Below are positions 48,029 to 59,000 of a stretch of 64,000 nt of DNA, piece by piece. The stretch's first letter is position 1. Each line of letters starts with the position of its first letter. The stretch spans positions 124,001 to 188,000 of the forward strand of contig QPMI01000063.1 in NCBI GenBank assembly GCA_004431415.1, given 5' to 3'. Under the pieces are notes generated by a model. That model saw nothing but the letters and a program-made list of their open reading frames with translations, made no database searches and was not told the DNA's origin. Made by a program: the position numbers and the translations under genes. The stretch is from Cyanophora paradoxa CCMP329 (Eukaryota > Plantae > Glaucophyta).

Positions 48029-48890
48029 CTGCTGGATTCTCGTCTTTGCTGAAGGGCTCCGGGGCATGCAGAGGGCGACTGGGGGTCGCACCAAAGCGGA
48101 CCCCCCATCGCCAGCGCCGGCGCCGGCCGCGGCGCCCGCCCCGCGGCGGCGGTCCGAAGCGGGGGCGGCGGGTGCCGGCGCCGGCTCCGCCCGGAGGCGG
48201 GAGCCGGGCCTGAGCATCTGAACTTGAGATCCACGAATACTAGGCTCAGATTCAGACGAGCCGCAAATTTTGGTTCGCTATATGCAATTGGTAGGGCTTG
48301 CGATTCAGGGCCAATCATTGAATGGTCACGAATTTAACGTAAACGTAGCTAAAGTTTTCGAATCAGGCTTCAAAGAAATTCTCGATCAACTAACTATCTA
48401 GCTATCTGGCTCTCGAATCGGGCAGGCCACGAAGCAGGGGATATGGCGCGCATGGTTGCCGGGGGCAGAGGCAGAGGGCCTGGGGGTGGGGGCCCACTCG
48501 GGGGAGGGCGCGCGGGGTGCATGTACATGCGGTGCAATAAAAATTAAATTAATGGTGCACGTGGCTCACTCGCCGACGAATTACGCCCACGAGCACCTTG
48601 TGCATGTCCCGCCTCAGTGAGTATCGCATAGATCGTGTGTACAGTGTACTGTATTCTACCCGAAAGCGAAAGGCGAAAAGCTAACAACGTTTTAACAAGC
48701 GAAAAGCGTGATCTAATATTAATATTAAATGTCACCTTAAGCTTGTTTGAAAATCTAATTACTTGTTTTTGAAAATCTACTTAAGGCGCCTTGGATAATA
48801 TCTAATCATTGAATTCTGATTTATTTCCGGAGCCATGTGCACATGCATGGATCCGACGTCGACCGTCGGACGCCGCGGCCAGGACTGCAA

Positions 48891-51800
48891 TCAAGCGCGT
48901 CCCGCGGCCGCGAACAAAAGAGCGAGCGTCGCTGCAAGAAGAGCGAGCACACTCTGGGGCCCGGGGCCAGCAGAACGCGTCGCTGCTGATGAAGGCCAGT
49001 ACGGCACGCCAGCGCTGCCGGCGCCGACATTGGCGTTCGTGGTGGTCACAGGGAGCGTCGACATCAGCGAGAACTGTTGAAAGCCACACGCTCATAATCA
49101 GAAGGTAATTCCGATGGCCAAGCCCGCGAGCTGGGTCATCAGTTTCGCACCGGCGTGAGGTGGTTGCAGGTGGCGGTGTAGGCGCCGGCGGAGGCGGTGG
49201 CGGCGGAGCAGACCTCCCAGGCCTTGCTGGAGGCGTTGAAGAAGACGAGCGAGACCGCCTGGCCCGCCGCGATCGTCACGCCGCTGGCGACGGGGATCGT
49301 GAAGCCGACCCCCGAGCCGAACTCGCTGCTCAGCTGCTTCGCCCTGCCGGCGTCGTCGAGGCCCGTCGCCGTGACGTCCAGGATCGGCGCGACGAGGCGG
49401 TAGCCCGCCGGCGGCGCGGGGAAGGACGACGCGTTCGAATACACGCGCACAAGGGCCTGTTCGGGTTTCGGAGGTAAGGGGCCCGAACAAAGGAACGGGG
49501 ATATCAATGCGCACCTGGAAGTTCTTGCCACCCCAAGCGTTGGTGGGGAAGGTGATCTGTCGGGTAGAATGTATACGTAAGCACACGGAGCGCGAGCTTG
49601 AAGCAAAAGAATCAAGCACCGCCGCCCCCGGAGCGTCGGAAATGCCGCCGACAGTGACCCTAGAGCCGGCCGAGGGGCACGCCTGCTCACGAATCCGTGA
49701 GTCGAGGTACGATGGTAAAAGACTGGCGAATGCCGCGGACCTTGAAGCCCCAGGGGTCGAACTCGGTGGCGCGCGTCGCCTGCGTGTCGCACGGCGTGTC
49801 GGGGCTGCTCAGCGAGATCTGAGTTCTGAAGGTCAGCCCCCGCACGATTCCGACGGCCCCGAGCCTAATGCGCGGCACCTGGGCGGCCACTTGGGTGAGG
49901 GCGGTCTGCGTCTCGGCGCGGATGGAAGCGGCGGCCGTCGAGGTGGCGGGGATCGCGGAGAGCAGACCCGAGAGGCTCGTCTGCAGGCTCTGCGCGGCAC
50001 CTCGCGCTCAGCCGACATTCGGTCTCCAAATTGAGGACACCGATATCGATATCCCTCACCTTCGCATCGATTCCTGCAGTCGTTGCGAGATTCTGCGAAT
50101 TCTATCATCAGAGCCCTGGAAACACAATCGATATCAATACCGCGGTAGGAGCTTTCGCACGGGGTTGGCCTTGATGACGTTCATGAGCAGGGTGGCGCCC
50201 TGAACCGCCGTGGCTTCCGAGACCGCGCCAGTCTTGGCGGCGACGGGCGCGACTGACGAGAAGAACGTGACCAGGGCTCCCGCGTTCTGCGGCCGAGGAC
50301 GGAGCACAAAAATCGCGCCCTCGCATCAAAACGCGCGCGGTGGCAAGAATTCGAGGAACGTAATTAAATAATATAACGCCGATGCTGCGTACCGCGGTGT
50401 TGGTGAGATCGACTCCCGACTTGGTTGCCTCCGTCGTCACAGCCTGTAATTTGTGGAATTTAATTGTTTCATCGGCGACCGGCAAGTTACTTCGATTCCC
50501 GTATATATATAAAAACTCGAGGCAGCCCGCACGGTCATGACGTTGGAGACGACGGCCGAGAATGACGCGAGGAGGCTGTCGATCGCGCCGAGCGCCGCGC
50601 GGCGAAGGCGGCGGAGCTGGACGCCGGTCGCCTTGCTGTAGCGGTCCTTGAGGGTGCCGACGAGCGCCAGGATCTTGTTCATCTTCGTCGCGAAGTCGTC
50701 GCCGCTCTGCGCTCGCCGGACGCGGAAGCAATTCAGCAGACGGGGTGCGATCAAACGGTCGTGTTTTTAAAATTGAAGCAGGTCCAAGGGCGCACGTTCA
50801 GGATCGCCGTGACTTCTTTGTTGACGGCGTCCACTGCCGCCTGTGGAGAGCAGTGGGGTGTAAGGTATATTATCGATGCAAGAAACGCCGCGGCCGGCAT
50901 GCGCAGCGCCCACGGACGTTGAAATCGGCGACGACGTTGCCGGTGTTGGGGACGAGCGCCTTGACCTCGACCGCTGCGGCGATCGCGAAGGCCGTCGTGC
51001 GCCCCGCGCCGTCCTCCACCGCCACGCTCAGCTTCGCCGTCCGCGTCGCCCCGCTCTGCGCACGCGCAAGATTTGCGATTCAAGTCAGCTCAGCGGCTCA
51101 TTGTCACAGAGCGGATATCCTTCACATCCGGGGCGCGCACGTCGGGGAAGAAGAAGACGATGGTCTCCGTGAGGACGTCGACAGCCAGGGGCGAGCTGGA
51201 ACCCTCGGACGTCACGGTGTACTTGAGGGGCCTCGAGGCCGACTGCCACCCCGAGCACGTCACCTGCAATCGCAAGCACGCGGGTGAGTGCGCGAGTGGA
51301 CCGCGCCCCGGCCCGAGTCTGCAGCATCGCGCACCGTAACCTTCTCCACGCCCGCCTGGACCGAGAGAGGGGACACAGTGCAGCTGCCACCGGACGGGGC
51401 CGCCCCCTCGCCTGACCGCAGGTGACTCGATGATGAGAAAATATATAATTAGAAAAGGTCAAATAATTACTCACTGGTGGCCACGGGTGTAGGAGTTGCA
51501 ACTGTCGTCCTGCATTACCACGCAAATTAGATATATAGCAAGACTTCGAATCATACAGAAACGGGTGTGCGGTGCTTGCGCGCACTCCGCCATTACCACC
51601 GGTGGCGAAGGGGTCTGCGTGCGCAAAGACATGCAGTGAGCCTCTCACAGTCGGTCACAAGCTTAAGATTAAGGCAATTCCGACTACCGGAGAGGCCGTG
51701 GGAGTCGGGCTCGCCGTTGGCGACGGGCTGGCAGTCGGGCTAGGACTAGGGGTCGGCCTGGCAAGCGAGTCCGGAGTGAAAATCGGAAATGAAACGGAAA

Positions 51801-53290
51801 TGGAACGGTCGATTACAGAAAGACACGCACGAAGGAGTCGGGGACGGGCTTGGCGTCGGGACGCAGTTAACTGCGGGCAAGAGGCACGGCCAGCTTATTC
51901 TTTTTCAAGTTACGAAGTGACGAACTATATCCCCCGTCAAGTCGAACCTGAGCCTTGGGCTTTGAAGCCCGGAAGGTTCGCCGTTGAAAAATCGGACTGG
52001 AAAACAAGGAACAGCTTGGCAGAAGAGTCCGTCACAGTGTATGGTTGCAACTGGGGGTTGTTGTCGACCGTAATGTTGCCGCCTCCAAGGCCTGAGAGTG
52101 GAGTAAGGCTGGTCAGCGTGTTCGTTCCCGTCGCCGCATAGATCTATTTTGAGATGTCAGGACACAGAATATTAACGTCAGGCTTTCAAAATCACAAGCA
52201 CGCGCGTATACAGTATCGAACGGGATGGAGCCACTCTCAACCGGCTCGAACATCAGATCCGAGAAGGACAGCGACACCGTGCTCGAACCCATGCAAGGAG
52301 CTTCAGGGAGTTCGAACAACCTTCGGGCCGGCGAGACATGCGATCAATTAATTAATATATTGCAACGTTCAACGTTACCAGGGGGCATAGATTGACTGCG
52401 TACCAGAGGCCGAAACTCGAATCCGCGTACGGCCCGAAGTTGATGGAGGACGACGCTTGATATTTGGCAGACGTAAAAGCTCTCACGCCGTTGCGAGCGT
52501 TGTATCCGTCGCTGTCGACGATATTCGGATCCAGAGGCGGAGCGCCCGTTGGGGTCGCTGTTGCGGCGGTCATCAATATATATATCAACTCAGCGTTGGT
52601 TGATCGACACCCGACGACTCACTTCCGGTCTTGGCGACGCTCCAATATCGGGCGCTGAAGCTGATCTCTACTTCCGTCTGGGAGTGGTAGCACCAAACGA
52701 AGACCCTCGACGAGGCCGACGTGACGATCGAGCCCGTTCGAAGGCTGCTTCCAATAGCCAGCAACGCAGTCGCAGAAGACCCGACGTCCACGATCTGCCG
52801 GAAGAATCTAGCTATTCATACACGGTGCGTACTACAGGCCTATAGCTAGGCCTAGGCCCAGAATGAATACACGTGGCGCACCCGCAGGCCGGTCCCATTG
52901 TATATGAAATATTGAACATTGTCTGTCCGGAATTGCTGCGCCACGATCTCGAACCTAATGACCTGGTCTTGCGGTGCCGAGATGGTCCTGCGCGTCGCAT
53001 GTGTGATTAACTTTGCGCCGCAGTGCTATCAATGTTCGCGCGTACCAAGCTAGAGACTCGTTGGACACGTAAGAGGTTGTAATAGAATTGCCATTGACTT
53101 CGACAACAGTGTACGGCGTGTAGGTCACGTTCAGGAAGGCGGGCACCGAAGTTGCCGTTAGCGCATCGGTGGTCTTCGTCGTCGCACCGCTCACCCGTGC
53201 GCCTTCGCCGTTCACAATCGGAGCCGCGCAGGCAGCAACGATCAAGCCCAGCAGCAGGGCTTCGCAGCCGCGTTCTCGCCGGAACAACAT
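48891..53290 (-). CDS. Surface protein paralog A: signal peptide, CUB-like pair, Pro/Ser linker, REJ-type module, GAIN/GPS, GPI-like signal
   Basis: Signal MLFRRERGCEALLLGLIVAACAAPIVNG. CUB VSLSFSDLMFE..FDTV..KLFLVFQSDFSTANLPGFKA. REJ APSGGSCTVSP..VTCSGWQSASRPLKY..VAVEDGAG. GPS AWEVCS..YTATCNHLTP/FSLM. Tail VPYWPSSAATRSAGPGPQSVLALLAATLALLFAAAGRA*. Confidence 0.8.
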
Positions 53291-53438
53291 CGCGGCCGAG
53301 GTAAAGAACTCCCGCAGGGCCGCAGGGCCGGCAGTCGGCGCACGTGGCAGAGCTCGAGTGATCGGTCTCTCCCGCATGCGCAGGCGGCACTGCCGCGGCA
53401 GGCCAAAGAACAACATCGCGGCCGAGGTAGAGATCTAC

Positions 53439-53693
53439 TACCGTAATGCAGAATATTAAGGTCTGTACTTTATTATGTCGTCCCGAAATTATGTCGCCTA
53501 AAACTTGACAAAACGACATAATTTGGGGACGTCATGATGGGGCGCGCAATGAAGTATCCCCCCACTTTTACCGCCCCATACAAGCCTGAAAAGTTCATGC
53601 CGACATAATTTGGGGACGTCATATTTCGCATAGAGAAGGCTCGGGTTTTAAAACGACATAAATTTGCATGACATAATATTGTGTATTACGGTA
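53439..53693. mobile_element. ~255-bp MITE with TA target duplication
   Basis: TACCGTAATGCAGAATATTA versus TAATATTGTGTATTACGGTA (imperfect TIR); subterminal CGACATAAT repeats. Shares TTACCGCCCCATACAAGCCT with the 13575 element in the opposite orientation. Confidence 0.85.
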
Positions 53694-54499
53694 CTAGCCT
53701 AGTACTAGCTATAGGCTAGTACTACAACTGTACTAGCCTACTAGGCTAGTAGGCTAGAAGTCTAGAACTCCCGCTGCTGACTCAGTGCTGAGTCCCGCAG
53801 GGCCGGCGCTCAGCGGCTGGCAGCCTGGCAGTGGCTGGCAGAGCCTCAGGGCCTGGCACAGTGGCACTAGGATGCCACTAGCCTGGCAGTCCGACGGCGG
53901 CTCCGACTCCAAGCCTCCGACGTCGACTCGCCGACATCGCCGTCGACTCGGCGTCGAGTCGGCGACTCGGCGTCCGCCGTCCGGTCGACCGGACGTCCGA
54001 CGGTCGAGTCGCCGTCGAGGCTGATCCCGTCCGATCATGCCATGATGATCATGAGCCTCGGAGGACGGTCGACTCCGGGTCGAGACCGTCGAGCCTCCGA
54101 TCGCGAGGCTCGGAGTCGCCGACTCGGCGAGTCGCCGGTACATATATATCGGTTGATGAATCGGGTAGCTAGCTATATATAGTACAGCTGAATTGTACCG
54201 GTACTGCCCTGGTCCGGTAGTACTACGGTACCACAGTACCTACCGGTATACAGCTGAATTGATTTTTTTTGGTGAATTACCTGCAGCTGCATGTATATAT
54301 ATTGCTATATATGTGTATATATATGCGCAAATAATGTTTGCACATACGCGCATATATACGCGAAAAGGAGTTCAAGCTGTGAGCCTGTGACTCAGCTGCA
54401 GTCGTCCATTAATATTGCTTTGCCGATCCCGGATCCGCAACCTCGATTCAGTTTAGACACTTCGCCAGCTTCGAGTCTCCCCTCTAGATCTACCGGTAC

Positions 54500-55029
54500 T
54501 AGGGCTGCGCACAGTCCACCTCAACCCCCACCCGGTCGGTGGGCCCGCTGACTGTTACCCGCCGGTGGCGGTCGGTGGAGGGGGGTACTTGCTGCAGTGC
54601 GTGAAAATTGACAGGAAATTCGCTTAATTCTGCACAGCTTCAAGGCGCTACGCGCCTACTCTGTTCCCAACTGCCGAAAGCAAGTGCTTTGGGGCGAGTT
54701 CAAGCCAGTTGTGGGGAAGCTGGGGGGTTGATGCCCAGGAGGGGGGTACGGGATAACGCGATCGATGGCGTCAGCTCCCTTGGGCTCCGTCGGATTGAAG
54801 AGCGCAGGAGCGCAGGAGAGCAGGAAGATGAACTAAGCAGGACTTTCCTGGCCTGGGTGCACGGAATATGTAACTTTCGCGCGCGAGAATATGAAATGTT
54901 CGCATGCCTACCCCCCCCAGAATTTTTATTTGTATGGTACCGGGCGTTGTATGGCGGTGGGCCAGACTTTCCACCCGGTCGGTCGGTGGGAGGCCGCCAC
55001 TGCCACCGGCCGCCACCGGCCCAGCCCTA
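54500..55029. mobile_element. hAT-type MITE (530 bp) with a perfect 8-bp TSD
   Basis: Termini TAGGGCTG...CAGCCCTA flanked by ACCGGTAC at 54492-54499 and 55030-55037. Subterminal CCACC/GGTGG repeats. Confidence 0.88.
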
Positions 55030-55379
55030 ACCGGTACTGGTCCGGTAGTGGTGTCCTTTGTTTTGCCCCTCCTAGTAGGCTCCTACTGTTCTGCCGCCTC
55101 CGCCTCCTGTGACAACGTCTTCTAGTTCTGCTGTTAGCTCCATCTCGTCGTCGTCGTCTAGATCTGCTGGTGCTGTTGCCTCGTCTCTTGTCCCTGTATG
55201 TGCTATTGCTAGTGCGAGTAGTATTGTCGTGTCTTCGAACTCTAGATCTGGATCTTCAAGGCTTTGACTGTAGTTCCTCGTACTCGTTCTCCTTATTTTC
55301 TGCGCACCCGTGCTCCCCGTCGTTCCGAAGTTCTCCTCGTGCTCGTTCTCCTTATCCTTTGCGTTCTTATGATCGTGCC

Positions 55380-55510
55380 CCTTCTCGTGATCCCTCTTGA
55401 TTGTATGTTTTGTGATAGTTTGCAACTGCTGTATCTTTAATTTGTGATTACTTTGTTATCCTTAATATCACTACGTATACCTACGGGGGGTTCGCCCCAC
55501 CGCGGGTTTT
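55380..55510 (-). repeat. Dispersed repeat copy 2 (see 15140-15275)
   Basis: ATCCTTAATATCACTAC..CTACGGGGGGTTCGCCCC. The minus strand reads GGGGCGAACCCC (hairpin) then CCGTAG. Confidence 0.65.
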
Positions 55511-56060
55511 CATGACGCCGTTAATTTGGTTCACGGCGCTAATCAGCGAATTAATCTGTATCGCTGCTAGGCAGGGCCAGCGATTCGGGGTCAACGATCG
55601 AACATTTGACGTAGCGCTAGCTGAAGAAATTCGAATTCTCGACCGACTGACTGTCATGATCAATTGCAAGCTCACGACCATCACGAATCGGGCAGGGTAC
55701 CGGTACCATTGCGAGGTGCCGCATCCGGCCTAACTTCTGGCTAACGAACTTGCCGTTTTGCGCATCACATTGCAATTGAATCGACGTTAGCTGCACATTG
55801 CAATTGCAACATTGTAAAGCAAAACCGTTTATTCTCATGGCGCCGGCTAGCTGCGAAAAGCTAGGACGAAAGCGACGAAACACTGATCTAAGTGCACCTA
55901 AAAAAAGACTATATATAGCTAGCATGAGATCAATATATATTTATCGATATCGGATTATGCACATATGAATATTAATGCGAGTAGAGCAGCTGCAGAGCAT
56001 TGCTGCGGACATCAGAAGAATCAACGCGTACGCGTTCCGGATTCGAACGTATTAGCAGAA

Positions 56061-59000
56061 TCAACGCGCGCCGCGAAGTGCGACGAAAGCGGCCACAACT
56101 GCCCCCAGAACAGCCGCGACTACCGAAGGGACGAGCTGCACACTGGCCGACGGCCAGTACGGTACGTTCGCCGACAAAACCGTGCTGCCGCCGGCAATTA
56201 GCGTGAACTGCGGTGCACACGTCAGCGTTTCGACGACGGCACGCAGCTGGCAGCGCAAAGCGGCGCGCCGGCGTGAGGTGGTCGCATGTGGCGGTGTACT
56301 TGGCCGACCCGGGGGCGCTCGTCGCGGGACTGCACGTGGTCCACTTCTTCCCGGCCTCGTCGTAGAAGGCCAGGGAGACGCTCTGGCCGCCCCCGACCGA
56401 GAGCGTCGCCGGCATCTCGAAGCGGATCTTGTCGGGGAAGTCCTTGATGAAGACGGCCTTGCCGTCGCTGCCGAGCTTTGTCGCGGTGATGTCGTAGACG
56501 GCGGAGGCGACGCGGTTGTTGGCCGAGGGGCCAGGGAAGTCTCCGGCGTCCGGAGTGGAGACGGAGACCTGGAAATCGCTCGTCGACGCGCTGGCCGGGA
56601 ACACGAACTGCGGAATTCGAAGATGCGAATTATAGTTATGATTTCGAAATGGTGGGCGGGAACACAAGCCAGCGCACGGTAGCCGATCCCACGGTGACGG
56701 TGAGCGACGCCGCCGTCCCCGGGCAGACCTTGAAGCGGTACGGGTCGATGTCGGACGCGCGCTCCTGCACGCCGCACTTGGCGTTCGCGTCGCTCAGCGT
56801 GATCTGCTGCGCGTCAGGGGCGAGCTGCGCAGCAGCTTTGCAGCTGTGAGCACGGATACCTGAGTGGAAACGGTGGCGAGGGCGGCCTGGGTCTGGGTGC
56901 GGAGCGTGGCGGCGAGGGTGGACGTGGCCGGCAGGGCCGCGAGCATGCCGGCGAGGCTGGACTGGAGGGCCTGCAATTGGAGCCTTCAGGTGCTGGGGAT
57001 GGTAATTCGAAACGCACGCTTCAAACGCACCGCTGCATCCACTCCAGGCGTGCTTGCGAGAGTCTGGAGAAATAGACCTCGAGGTTCAGCTATCGTGCAC
57101 ACGCGAGCGCGTGCATTTGAATATTGTGCGAGCTCGAGAGCGTACCGGGTTCAGTTGAATGACTTCCATCAAGAGCGTGGTGCCCTTGATAGCATCCTCT
57201 TCCTGCGCAGAACTCAGCGCATTTCTATGTGCTGGTGTAATTCAAAATCTTTATTCGTTTGCAGACGCACCTTGAGAGCTCCTGTCTTGGACGCAATGGG
57301 CGCGACGGCGGCGAAGAAGGTAACAAGAGCGCCGGCGGTCTGCGCCATCGAGTAACGTTCATCGCGGTGGTAAGGGCGGTCGAAAATTTGGCAAGGATGT
57401 CCGCCTGCCGGAGGGAGCGGCGCATGCGCATCTGATGCCGATGCCGAAGTGTCGTGTTTGTGGCCTTGGAGTAGTACGTCTTGAGGGACTCGATGTTCGC
57501 CAGAATCTTCGCCATCTTCTCCGCAAACGGAATATTCGAGTCCTGCGAAATCGATTGATAATTATATAAGAAGAATTCGCTTTTGCTATAGCTAGTTCCG
57601 AAATACACTTACAGCGACGATAGCGGCCATCTGTTTGTCGAACTCCACAAGCATTTGCTGTGTGCACAGATTGGAGTAAATGATTAATATTGCTCTCTCA
57701 AATGCACGCGCATCCGCGCACGTCAAATTGGGCGACGGGGCTGGCGTTGGTATCGACGAGCGGGTTGACTGTGATTTGACCGTCGATGGCATACTGAGTG
57801 GAGAGCTTGTCGCGGCTGGCGTCCGTCACAGTGACCGTGAGCGTCGTCGTGATGGGGCCGTTAGCAGTGGCGCCCTGGCCATGGTACCGGTGAACTTCGA
57901 TCAGGTGGAGGCCGAAAGGGCCTGGAGGCAGCTCTAGCTACCGCGGGGAAGAAGAAGTCGAAGGTTTCGTTGAGAGAGTTGCGTGCGAGAGGCGCGTTGA
58001 AGCCCTTGGCGCTGAGCGAAAAGCTGAGGGGCAGAGTGCTCCCAACCCAGCCGGAGCATGAGACCTGCACCAGGTCGGATATCAGTACCAGTCGAGATAG
58101 TTATAGTGCGATTGCAAGGGTAGCCGCAGCGCTTGCTGCGCGCATACGACTGACCGTCACTTTGTCGACAACGGCCTTGACGGTTGCCGGACTCGCGGTG
58201 CACGTCCCCCCGGATGGCGGCGCGCCTGTATTCGAATATTAATATTTAGTTATGGGGCTCGGCGAATGTGCCCTAACTAGCTATAGAGCGGCCGTGCGCA
58301 CCGGCGGCGACAGGAACAGGAGCGGGAGTTGGGACGGGCGGTGCTTCCACGGCGGCCGCCGGCGCCGGCGTCGGGGTGGCCACGGTTGCAGGGAGCTCGA
58401 CTGCGGTTTCCGCGGCGGGCGTGGGCGACGGGCTAGCGCTGGGCGTCGCGGAGGGCGACGGGCTCGGGCTCGGGCTCGGAGACGGCGTTGGAGTCGGCGT
58501 AGCGCAGGAAACTGCCGCCCGTGTGAGGCGCGGAAATATATTTGAAGGAAGCTGAAAGGCAGCGAAGGTGCGCACGTGACACGCTCGCCTCGATTCCATC
58601 GCCGTTGTTCCCTCCGTTGTACAGCGCGAACATCGCCACCTCCGTGTGGTTCGGGCTGGTCGTCAAGGTCGGAATGCTGACGGGCATGACGCCGTAGCCT
58701 TTCGGAATGCCAAGGGGAGAAGAAGATTGCGAGCCATCCAGTTGAGTCATCTGCAGCAAAATGTTGATGGCAATTCATCGAGACACTCCGATAGCGCTGG
58801 CCTTGCATGCTTACCGAGAGCCAGTCACACATGTTCGGCGCGCAATTTTCGACAGAGAACTTGGGGAAGGAAATTGCGAGCGAAGGAACGCCGTGGGCAG
58901 AGACGCAGCTGGCAATTGCATCGCTTGCAGCCTTCAGATACCTGTTATATATATGGTTCGATTGCGATTTGCGCATCCGCTTAGTTTCTAAAGATATAGA

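Noticed and set aside
15600-48300. Many long Arg/Pro/Gly/Ala-rich ORFs on both strands (e.g. 17457-19220, 19955-21559, 43600-45327, 46709-48217)
   Set aside because: Stop-codon scarcity in very high-GC DNA. They are antisense or intron-read-through frames of the spliced genes and have no coherent domain content.
54600-55030. 140-aa ORF inside the hAT-like element as a transposase remnant
   Set aside because: No BED finger, DDE or hAT dimerisation motifs visible.
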